A stretch of DNA of 64,000 nt from Vulcanimicrobiota bacterium. Lineage in GTDB: Bacteria > Vulcanimicrobiota > Vulcanimicrobiia > Vulcanimicrobiales > Vulcanimicrobiaceae. The DNA lies in assembly GCA_963695225.1 (NCBI GenBank), contig OY968762.1, positions 1,152,001 to 1,216,000 on the forward strand. The letters run 5' to 3'. Under the pieces are notes generated by a model. The model saw only the letters and a program-made list of their open reading frames with translations. It was not told the origin of the DNA and did not search any database. This document shows positions 56,299 through 64,000 of the stretch, piece by piece; positions within the stretch are counted from its first letter, which is position 1, and the number at the start of each line of letters is the position of its first letter. Position numbers and translations under genes: made by a program.

Positions 56299-56723
56299 CC
56301 CGGCGCCTGTTTGGGGGGCCGGACGTAATTCCCCGTATGGTGGGCGATCAGCCGGCCGTCGTCCCCGGCGGAATTCGCGACGCCGTAGATGACCGATTCG
56401 CCGAACGAGAGGACGCGCGCGGTCGTGACGATGTCCTCGTTGCGCGCGCCTCGCACGAAGCTCGTCGCAAGGTCGATCGTTACCGAGCGGTCGGCATCTT
56501 TGCCGAGCCGCGTCATTACCGCGAACCAGATCGCGAGATCGGCCGCCGCGAGCGTGACGATGCCCGTGACGACGCCGCCCGGCCGCTCGAAGCGCTGCTG
56601 GAAGGGGAAACGCAAGGCGCACGCGCCGTCTTCGAGCGCTTCGAGCGCGAAGCCGAACCCCTGAAGGAACTCCGATTCTGCGAGGATTCTCCGGATTTCG
56701 TCCGGCGTGACCGCCAAGCTCAC
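56295..56723 (-). CDS. PaaI-family thioesterase
   Basis: RPGGVVTG..LAAAD, VTIDLATSF hotdog motifs. Confidence 0.85.
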   Translation of the reverse strand: MSLAVTPDEIRRILAESEFLQGFGFALEALEDGACALRFPFQQRFERPGGVVTGIVTLAAADLAIWFAVMTRLGKDADRSVTIDLATSFVRGARNEDIVTTARVLSFGESVIYGVANSAGDDGRLIAHHTGNYVRPPKQAPG

Positions 56724-56942
56724 GCGCGGCGCTCCCGCGGGATACGGCACGCTCGGGGGAAGAGCGAGAAAATTGAGAGGTTGTGCGCGACGTTTGTCAT
56801 AGAAAAAAGCTCCGAAATGAGGAGGGAATCGCCCGACTTCGGGTAACGAAATCGCGTTTCACAACGGCCGGTCCGGCCAGAAGATAGCAACGTCCTGCAA
56901 GACCCCGGAACCGAGCTCTCCCGTGCATTAGCGAAGGAGCCC

Positions 56943-58196
56943 ATGAATACGTCTTCTTGTAAACCTACTCGCGGTCAATTCATCGCCGGTACCGCAGCGG
57001 CCGCGGCGTCGACGTTCGCAAGCGTCAACGTCATCGCCGCCCCGGCGAAAGAAATCGTGATCGGCTTGAACGTCCCTCAATCGGGCCCTTACTCGGATCA
57101 GGGAACCGATCAGCTTCGAGCCTACAACCTGGCGATCGACGAAATCAACAAGGCCGGCGGCGTGATGGGGATGCCCATCCGTGCGGTCGTCGGCGACGAC
57201 GAGACGAAGGCCCCCGTCGCGGTAGCGAACGCGCGGCGCATGATCGAGCGCGACGGCGCCGTCATGATCACCGGCGGATCGAGCACGGGGACCGCGGTTG
57301 CGGTCTCGGGCCTCTGCCAAGAGAAGAAAACGATCTTCATGGCGACGCTGACGCACGGCGACGAGACGACCGATACGAGCTGCCACCGCCACACGTTCCG
57401 TCGCTACAACAACGCGCGCATGTCGGCCCACTCGATGGCACGAACGCTCACGACGAAGTACGGCACCGGAAAGTGGTTCTACATCACGGCCGACTACACG
57501 TGGGGGCACAGCGTCTACGACAACCTCACCGAAGTCCTCGAAGCGAAGGGCGCGAAGACCGTCAAGAACATCCTGGTCCCGCTCGGCACGACGGATTTCT
57601 CCTCGCAACTCGGCCAGGCGCAGGCCGCCAAGCCCGACGTGCTCGTCCTGATCGAGTTCGGCAAGGACATGGTCAACTCGCTCAATCAAGCGGCTCAGTT
57701 TGGCCTGACGAAGTCGACCAAGATCCTCGTCCCGCTCGCCGACGAATACATGGCGAAGGGCGCCGGCGACAACTTCGACAACGTGGTTACGACCGCTCCG
57801 TTCTACTGGAAATACCATGCCGAGAAGTACCCCGCCGCGAAGAAGTTCGTGAACGCCTTCCAGGCCAAGTACGGCGTCCCGCCCTCGAACGGCGCGGAAT
57901 GCGCGTACACGAACATCTATCAGTGGAAGGGCGGCATCGAACGCGCCGGCGGCCTCGATCCGGAAAAGTTCATCGGAAAGATGGAAGGGTTCAAGTTCCA
58001 GGCGACCAAGGAGCCGGGCGAGTACTGGCGCGCGTTCGATCATCAGGGGATCAATAGCTGCCTCGTACTCGAGGGGCTCTCGGTAGCGGAGCGCGCGGGC
58101 GATACGTTCTCGTACGCCAAGGTGCTCGAAGTCCACAACGGGGAAGACGTCGCGATCCCGCAAGCCGCCTCGAAGTGTAAGCTCGAACCCGCATAA
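56943..58196 (+). CDS. Liv-type ABC transporter substrate-binding protein
   Basis: IGLNVPQSGPYS, AIDEINKAGG, GGSS, ADYTWG; AAGGAG RBS. Confidence 0.92.
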   Translation: MNTSSCKPTRGQFIAGTAAAAASTFASVNVIAAPAKEIVIGLNVPQSGPYSDQGTDQLRAYNLAIDEINKAGGVMGMPIRAVVGDDETKAPVAVANARRMIERDGAVMITGGSSTGTAVAVSGLCQEKKTIFMATLTHGDETTDTSCHRHTFRRYNNARMSAHSMARTLTTKYGTGKWFYITADYTWGHSVYDNLTEVLEAKGAKTVKNILVPLGTTDFSSQLGQAQAAKPDVLVLIEFGKDMVNSLNQAAQFGLTKSTKILVPLADEYMAKGAGDNFDNVVTTAPFYWKYHAEKYPAAKKFVNAFQAKYGVPPSNGAECAYTNIYQWKGGIERAGGLDPEKFIGKMEGFKFQATKEPGEYWRAFDHQGINSCLVLEGLSVAERAGDTFSYAKVLEVHNGEDVAIPQAASKCKLEPA

Positions 58197-58216
58197 CCGG
58201 TTTTCGTCGCGCAAAG

Positions 58217-58260
58217 GGGGCCGGTTTCTCCCCCGCGAGAAACCGGCCCCACTGTTTTTC
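58217..58260 (+). terminator. Intra-operon hairpin with T-tract
   Basis: GGGGCCGGTTTCTC-N6-GAGAAACCGGCCCC followed by ACTGTTTTTC. Confidence 0.75.
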
Positions 58261-58264
58261 TTGA

Positions 58265-59149
58265 TTGGAAAGTACCACCATCGAAGCGCTGTACGGACAA
58301 CTCCTCGACGGCTTCATCAAGGGGCTCATCTACGTTGCCATCGCGATCGGGCTCACGATCGTCTTCGGGATGCTGCGGCTCGTCAACTTCGCGCACGGCG
58401 CATTCTACGCAGTCGGAGCCTACGTCGGATTGGTCGTGGCGGAACGCGCCGGGATCGTCGCCGGCCTGATCGCGGCTCCGATCGCCGTCGCCCTCTTCGC
58501 CGTCCTCCTGGATCGCGTGGTCTTGCGCCTGTTCTACAACAAAGAACCGACGTCGCAGATCCTCGTCACGTTCGGCATCGCCCTGGTCGTCGAAGAGTCG
58601 CTCCGCCTGATCTTCGGGGGTACTACCCGAAGCTATCCCGTTCCGCCGGCCCTGATGGGCTCGGTTTCCCTCGGCTTCACGCAATACCCCAGTTATCGCC
58701 TGGCGTTCGCGGCCGGGATCATCTTGCTGATCGTCGCCGTATGGCTCTTCATAGAGAGGACCGATTACGGCCTGATCGTGCGTGCGGGGATCCGGGACCG
58801 CACGATGGTGCAACTCCTCGGCGGGAACATCCGGCAAGCGTCGACCATCATCTTCGCGCTCGGCGCGGCGCTCGCCGGGTTCGTCGGCGCCGCAGCCAGC
58901 CCGATCTTCAGCGTCGACCCGAACACCGGGTTCAACTTCCTCATCCCGTCGTTCGTCGTGGTCGTGATCGGGGGCCTCGGCAGCTTCTGGGGCGCGGTCC
59001 TCGGCGGTTTGCTGGTCGGCGAGTTACAGAGCCTGACCACGCTCGTGCGCCCCGAGGCGAGCGACGTCATCATCTATATAGCAATGGCCCTGGTCCTGAT
59101 GTTCCGGCCGTCCGGCCTCCTCGGTGAGAGCGAGGTCATCCGCGGATGA
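58265..59149 (+). CDS. Liv-type ABC permease (LivH-like)
   Basis: GLTIVFG..VNFAHG, VVIGGLGS, RPSGL. Confidence 0.93.
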   Translation: MESTTIEALYGQLLDGFIKGLIYVAIAIGLTIVFGMLRLVNFAHGAFYAVGAYVGLVVAERAGIVAGLIAAPIAVALFAVLLDRVVLRLFYNKEPTSQILVTFGIALVVEESLRLIFGGTTRSYPVPPALMGSVSLGFTQYPSYRLAFAAGIILLIVAVWLFIERTDYGLIVRAGIRDRTMVQLLGGNIRQASTIIFALGAALAGFVGAAASPIFSVDPNTGFNFLIPSFVVVVIGGLGSFWGAVLGGLLVGELQSLTTLVRPEASDVIIYIAMALVLMFRPSGLLGESEVIRG

Positions 59150-60216
59150 GCCGCGAGCTTCGTTTCTACGCGCTGACCGCGATCGCGCTGGCGGTCTTCC
59201 CGGTCCTCATCCACCCGATCAAAGGCTATCCGGGCCTCGCGACCCAGATCCTGATCGTCGGGATCGGCGCGATGGGCTTCAACCTCTTGCTCGGCTACGC
59301 GGGCCTGCTCTCGTACGGCCAGGCGATGTTCTTCGGCATCGGGTCGTACGTCGCGCTCCTGACCGTCTCGAAGTTCTTCCCCGACCACCCGAGCTTCTGG
59401 CTCGCGATCCTGCTCGCGGTCGTCTTCGTGACGCTGATGGCGTTCCTGATCGGGCTGCTGGTCGTGCGATTGTACGGCATCTACTTCTCCCTGTTGACGC
59501 TCGCGTTCGCGCAGATGTTCTTCTTCCTGGTGTTCCAATGGCGCGATCTCACGCACGGCGACGATGGACTGCAGGGGATCGGCGCCCCGCCGCTCTGGCT
59601 CGGCCCGCTCGGATCGTTCGATCTCTCGGCTGCGCTTCCGGCGTTCGATCTGGGGCCCTTCGGGAACCTGAGCGACGTCCATTGGTGGTACCCGTTCGTC
59701 GCGGTCGTCATGCTGCTGGTGATCGCGTTCATGCGGACGCTGACCCGCTCGCAGTTCGGCGAAGTCCTCGACGCGATCCGGGAGAACGAGGAGCGCAGCA
59801 CGTTCATCGGTTTCGATCCGCGCAGCTACAAGCTCGCGGCGTTCGTGATCGCCGGCGCCCTCACCGGACTTTCGGGCGCTCTCAAGGGACTCTACGAAAC
59901 GTCCACCTCGGTCGAGACGCTCAACATCGAACAGAGCGGCAACTTCGTGATCTACACGGTCGTCGGCGGCGTGCAGACGCTCTTCGGGCCGCTCGTCGGA
60001 ACCGCGGCGATCATGTACCTGCAGAATGTGGTCAGCGGCATCACCGAGGCTTGGCGCCTGATCGAAGGGCTCGTCTTCGTCGCGGTGATCGTTTTCCTCC
60101 CCTCCGGCATCCTCGGCATTCTCCAACGTCGCAAGAAGAAGTTTCCCCTCGGCGCCGCGCTTGCGCCGAAGAAGGTTCTCGAACCGGCGAGCGCTCCGAG
60201 AAAGGCCGCGCCATGA
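59146..60216 (+). CDS. Liv-type ABC permease (LivM-like)
   Basis: LLGYAGLLSYGQ, THGDDG, AIRENE. Confidence 0.93.
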   Translation: MSRELRFYALTAIALAVFPVLIHPIKGYPGLATQILIVGIGAMGFNLLLGYAGLLSYGQAMFFGIGSYVALLTVSKFFPDHPSFWLAILLAVVFVTLMAFLIGLLVVRLYGIYFSLLTLAFAQMFFFLVFQWRDLTHGDDGLQGIGAPPLWLGPLGSFDLSAALPAFDLGPFGNLSDVHWWYPFVAVVMLLVIAFMRTLTRSQFGEVLDAIRENEERSTFIGFDPRSYKLAAFVIAGALTGLSGALKGLYETSTSVETLNIEQSGNFVIYTVVGGVQTLFGPLVGTAAIMYLQNVVSGITEAWRLIEGLVFVAVIVFLPSGILGILQRRKKKFPLGAALAPKKVLEPASAPRKAAP

Positions 60217-61013
60217 CGACCGGCGAGCCGATCCTCTCCACCAAGAATCTCGGCAAGTTCTTCGGGCATTTCGCCGCGAACAGCGAGATCGATTTCTCCG
60301 TCCGCGCGGGCGAACTTCGCGCGGTGATCGGCCCGAACGGGGCCGGGAAGACGACCTTTTTCAATATGCTCGCCGGAACGACGACGGCGACGACGGGCGA
60401 GATCCGCTTCAAGGGGACGCCGATCACGCACGTCGCCGGGCCGAAGCGCGTCGCGATCGGAATCGCGAAGGCGTTCCAGACCGCGAACATCTATCCCGAC
60501 CAGACCGTCTTCCAGAACTGCCGGCTGGCGGCGCTGGCGAAGACGCAGGGCCTCTTCTCGCTCGAACTCTTTCGGCGCTCGAAGCGCCTCGCCAGCGTCG
60601 ACGAGCTCGCCGAGGAGGGGCTCGCGGCCGTCGACCTCGCGGGCCTCGCCGACGAACGCGCGGGCGACCTCTCGCACGGCGACAAGAAGCGCCTCGACAT
60701 CGCGGTCGCACTCGCGACGAAGCCGGAGATCCTGCTCCTGGACGAACCGGTCGCCGGGATGTCGATCGAAGAAGTGCAGAAGACCGACCGCCTGATCCGC
60801 GCCCTCGCGAAGCGGATGACCGTGCTCATCATCGAGCACGATATGGACATGATCATGGGCATCTCCGATTCGATCACGGTGCTGCATCAAGGGAAGGTCC
60901 TCGCCCAGGGGACGCCCGCCGAGATCCGCGCCAGCAGCAGGGTTCAGGAAGCATACCTCGGCGGGCACACCGAGGGGACGGGGAACGCCGCACTCAGCTC
61001 GGAGGGGCACTGA
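60213..61013 (+). CDS. Liv-type ABC ATPase (LivG-like)
   Basis: GPNGAGKTT, LSHG, LLLDEP, IEHD, VQEAYLG. Confidence 0.93.
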   Translation: MTTGEPILSTKNLGKFFGHFAANSEIDFSVRAGELRAVIGPNGAGKTTFFNMLAGTTTATTGEIRFKGTPITHVAGPKRVAIGIAKAFQTANIYPDQTVFQNCRLAALAKTQGLFSLELFRRSKRLASVDELAEEGLAAVDLAGLADERAGDLSHGDKKRLDIAVALATKPEILLLDEPVAGMSIEEVQKTDRLIRALAKRMTVLIIEHDMDMIMGISDSITVLHQGKVLAQGTPAEIRASSRVQEAYLGGHTEGTGNAALSSEGH

Positions 61014-61735
61014 TGACGACCGCCGTCGCCGCCGCGGAACTGCTGCGCGTCGAGAACCTGAACACGTACTACGGCGATAGCCACATCCTCAAGGATCTGA
61101 GCCTCTCGATCCGGCAGGGCGAGACGGTCGCGCTTCTCGGACGCAACGGCGTCGGGAAGACCACGACGCTCAAGAGCATCGTCGGCTGGGTCCCGCCGCG
61201 GACCGGACGCGTGACGTTCGCCGGGCAGCAAGTCGCCGGCATGGAGATGATGAAGATCGCTCGGCTCGGGATCTCGCTCGTCCCCGAAGAGCGCCGCATC
61301 TTCACGAACCTGACGGTCGCCGAGAACATCAAGATCGCGCAGGTGACCGCGCAACGCCCGGGCTGGTCCCTCGAAGACGTCTACACGCACTTCCCACGGC
61401 TCAAAGAGCGCTCGGCGAACAAGGGCGACGAAATCTCCGGCGGGGAGAAGCAGATGCTGGCGATCGCGCGCGCGCTCGTGCAGGATACCAAGCTGCTCCT
61501 CCTCGACGAACCGACGGAAGGGCTCGCCCCGCTGATCGTCCGCGACGTCGAGAAGATCATCCGAGAGATCAAGGCCGCGGGGATGACGATCCTGCTCGTC
61601 GAGCAGAACTTCTACTCGGCGCTGAGCGTCGCGGACCGTTGCTACGTCATCGACCAAGGGACGATGCGCTTCGAGGGGACGCCGGACGAACTGCGCGGCA
61701 ACGCGGACGTCCTCAAGCGCTACCTCCACGTCTAA
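61013..61735 (+). CDS. Liv-type ABC ATPase (LivF-like)
   Basis: GRNGVGKTT, VPEERRIF, SGGEKQML, DEPTEGLAP, VEQN. Confidence 0.93.
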   Translation: MTTAVAAAELLRVENLNTYYGDSHILKDLSLSIRQGETVALLGRNGVGKTTTLKSIVGWVPPRTGRVTFAGQQVAGMEMMKIARLGISLVPEERRIFTNLTVAENIKIAQVTAQRPGWSLEDVYTHFPRLKERSANKGDEISGGEKQMLAIARALVQDTKLLLLDEPTEGLAPLIVRDVEKIIREIKAAGMTILLVEQNFYSALSVADRCYVIDQGTMRFEGTPDELRGNADVLKRYLHV

Positions 61736-61747
61736 GCCGGCAAGCGC

Positions 61748-61789
61748 ACGAGCAGCCCGCCGGCGCCTCCGCGCGGGCGGGCTGCTCGT
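61748..61789. terminator. Hairpin between convergent genes
   Basis: 14-bp stem ACGAGCAGCCCGCC/GGCGGGCTGCTCGT. Confidence 0.65.
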
Positions 61790-61804
61790 TGCAGCGGGCG
61801 GGCG

Positions 61805-63694
61805 TCAGTCTTCGAGCGTCGTCACGTCGCCGAGTTCGAGACCGGCCTCCTGAGCTTTGAGCAGGCGGCGCATGATCTTTCCGCTGCGCGTCTTCGGAAG
61901 CTTCGGAAGGAACTCGATATCGGCGGGCGTCCCGATCGGCCCAAGGTGGTAGCGGACGTGCTCGATCAGCTCTTTGCGGAGTCCATCGCTCGCGACGTGC
62001 CCCATCCGCAAGACGACGAAAGCCTTGATGACCTCGCCCTTGATCTCGTCCTTCTTCCCGATGACGCCGGCTTCGCCGCACGCCGGGTGCGAGACGAGCG
62101 CGCTCTCGACGTCCGCCGTCGCGATGCGGTGCCCAGCCACGTTCAGCACGTCGTCGGCGCGGCCGAGGACCGTGATGTACCCCTCGGCATCGATCGTCGC
62201 AACGTCGCCCGCCGTGTAGCAGCCGGGGATCTGCTGGAAGTACTGCTCGTAACGGGCCGGATCGTTGTGAATCGTCACGAACCCGTGCGGCCAAGGCGAG
62301 CGGATCACGAGCAAACCGCCGGAGCCGCGCGGCACCGATTCGCCGTTCGCGTCGACGACGTCGTAGACGATCGGACCGAGCGCCTTGCCGCTCCGATCCG
62401 GCCGGATGTCGGCCGTCGGAAGGAAGCCCATCATCATGCAGCCGGTCTCCGTCTGCCACCACTGGTTGCAGACCGCCGCCTTCTTTGCACCCATCGTCTC
62501 GTAGAGGAAGTGCCAGGCCTCCGGGTTCAGCGGCTCTCCGGCGCAGAAGATCGCCTTTAGGCGGGAGAGGTCGCTCTTCGCCGCAAGGTCGGGGCCGAAA
62601 CGCATCAACATGCGCGCGAGCGTCGGGGCCGTGTACAGCATCGTCACCTTGTGGCGGTCGAGGACCTGGTACACTTCCGACGTGCTCGGATAATCCGGCG
62701 AGCCTTCGCGAACGATCGATTGATAGCGGTTCGCGAGCGCACCGTAGACGATCAGCGAGTGGCCGACGATCCAGCCGATGTCGCTCGTGCACCAATACAT
62801 GTCCTCGGGCGTGATCCCGGTCGTCAGCGCGAACGTCCCGCTCGCGCCTGCGAGATAGCCGCCGTGCGTCATGACGACGCCCTTCGGCTTGCCCGTCGTG
62901 CCGCTCGTGTACAGAATGAACAGCGGGTGCTCGGCCGAAACGATTGCCGCCGCGCGTTCGCCCGAGCAGCCTTCCTGGAAGGCGTCCCAATCGCGCTCCC
63001 GCTCGCCGAGCGGGGAGCGGTTGGTGGCACGCTGCCAGACGATCACGCGCCGCACCCCAGAGCCTTCGACCGCATCGTCGAGGATCGTCTTGAGGTCGAC
63101 TTCCTTGCCGCGCCGGTACGTGATGTCCGCGCCGATGACGACCTCGGCGCCCGCATCCTCGATGCGATCGCGCAGCGCCGTTGCTCCGAGTCCCGCATAG
63201 ATGACGCTATGGACGGCGCCGAGCCGCGCACAGGCGAGCATCGCGACGATCCCCTCGAGCGAGAGCGGCATGTAAATGCAGACGCGGTCGCCTTCCTTCA
63301 CGCCGTCGCGCGCGAGCGCGTTCGCGAAGCGGTTCGTCTCGGCGAGCAGTTCCCGGTACGAAACGCGCCGCTCGGTCCCGTTCTCGCAGAGGTAGAGATA
63401 GGCGAGCGCGTCGGGATGCGACGCGGCGTGCCGGTCCAAGCACGAAACCGTCGCGTTCAGGCGGCCGTCGGGGAACCAGCGCGCGGAGCCGAGCCCGCCC
63501 TCGAGGACGGTCTGCGGAGCGGTCTCCCAGGCAAGCCGCTCGCCGCAGGCGCGCCAGAATGCCGAGGGGTCCGCGAGCGCCGCCGCGTTCCAAGCGTCTT
63601 GGTCGGGAATGGGCGCCCATTGCGCGACTTCGGCGGGGGCCGGAAAGCGTTCGCCGGTGTCCAGGAGGTTCTCGATCAATCCTTCGGTTTGCAC
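61805..63694 (-). CDS. acs: Acetate--CoA ligase (AMP-forming acetyl-CoA synthetase)
   Basis: YTSGTTGKPKG, GEPLNPEAW, WWQTETG, GRADD, LPKTRSGKIMRR. Confidence 0.92.
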   Translation of the reverse strand: MQTEGLIENLLDTGERFPAPAEVAQWAPIPDQDAWNAAALADPSAFWRACGERLAWETAPQTVLEGGLGSARWFPDGRLNATVSCLDRHAASHPDALAYLYLCENGTERRVSYRELLAETNRFANALARDGVKEGDRVCIYMPLSLEGIVAMLACARLGAVHSVIYAGLGATALRDRIEDAGAEVVIGADITYRRGKEVDLKTILDDAVEGSGVRRVIVWQRATNRSPLGERERDWDAFQEGCSGERAAAIVSAEHPLFILYTSGTTGKPKGVVMTHGGYLAGASGTFALTTGITPEDMYWCTSDIGWIVGHSLIVYGALANRYQSIVREGSPDYPSTSEVYQVLDRHKVTMLYTAPTLARMLMRFGPDLAAKSDLSRLKAIFCAGEPLNPEAWHFLYETMGAKKAAVCNQWWQTETGCMMMGFLPTADIRPDRSGKALGPIVYDVVDANGESVPRGSGGLLVIRSPWPHGFVTIHNDPARYEQYFQQIPGCYTAGDVATIDAEGYITVLGRADDVLNVAGHRIATADVESALVSHPACGEAGVIGKKDEIKGEVIKAFVVLRMGHVASDGLRKELIEHVRYHLGPIGTPADIEFLPKLPKTRSGKIMRRLLKAQEAGLELGDVTTLED

Positions 63695-63717
63695 GTGCTC
63701 GCCTCGTACTCTCTTGC

Positions 63718-64000
63718 TTACGGCTTGATGAAATCGTGTTCGCGAATCACGAGCCCGGCGGGGCCGCGCTCGACCAGGAACCGCTCGAAATAGCTGCCGC
63801 TCGTCGCCTCGATATCCGTCTCGACCGTGACGGAGTTGCCCGACGTGTGCGTGCGCAACCCGGTGATCCGCGTCGACCGGTCGATGAATTCTTCTTCCGC
63901 CAGGTGAAGCCCCCGCGAAGCATCCACTCCCAAAGCCGTCGCCGCGGCCGTTTCGTCGCCGGCGATGAGCGCCCCGAGATAGCGCCGGACGAGCCCGCCC
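63718..64000 (-). CDS. C-terminal part of a hypothetical protein (truncated by window edge)
   Basis: Frame open to the edge: ...LVRRYLGALIAGDETAAATALG...FERFLVERGPAGLVIREHDFIKP. Confidence 0.6.
   Translation of the reverse strand, partial: GGLVRRYLGALIAGDETAAATALGVDASRGLHLAEEEFIDRSTRITGLRTHTSGNSVTVETDIEATSGSYFERFLVERGPAGLVIREHDFIKP

Noticed and set aside
31353..56912. GGAACC upstream of several genes (31353, about 38320, 45281, 56907) as an ECF promoter set
   Set aside because: No consistent -10 element or spacing; compatible with chance
56928..58214. 428-aa minus-strand ORF
   Set aside because: Antisense shadow of the Liv-type SBP
1..64000. tRNA, rRNA, CRISPR, transposase, integrase, phage or defence genes
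   Set aside because: None recognised by eye; tRNAscan and Infernal were not run, so small RNAs could be missed

Overview
High-GC, gene-dense bacterial chromosome segment with about 60 CDS. I saw no rRNA, tRNA, CRISPR array, transposase or prophage. It mixes outer-membrane proteins (TolC, TonB-dependent receptor, beta-barrel) with Terrabacteria-style gene orders (miaB-mutS-mutL, der-plsY, sufCDSU). That suggests a diderm Terrabacteria lineage such as Eremiobacterota, which is inference only. Contents, left to right: partial mutL, bfr, mutS, miaB, der, plsY, efp, dppA-like peptidase, pheA, three orphan family-5 solute-binding proteins, a fused AhbAB-like protein, a PAS-GGDEF-EAL protein, TolC plus adaptor, tldD/pmbA, folD, SOD, a divergent sufR + U-type scaffold / sufC-sufD-sufS-sufU + TonB receptor locus, a Liv-type ABC transporter and acs. 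Most interesting: (1) a SUF locus with no sufB, a TonB receptor in its place, a second scaffold missing its third Cys and a candidate operator; (2) a GTAG-led palindromic repeat family including a ~150-nt branched element; (3) a 6S-like structured RNA candidate after efp; (4) a stalk-linker-barrel protein that may be an outer-membrane tether; (5) bacterioferritin inserted between mutS and mutL; (6) a FolD lacking its cyclohydrolase Lys; (7) a methyltransferase with no canonical start codon; (8) a lipoprotein with a clan-CD-like His/Cys dyad. Start sites were adjusted by eye and family calls come from motif recognition, not database searches.
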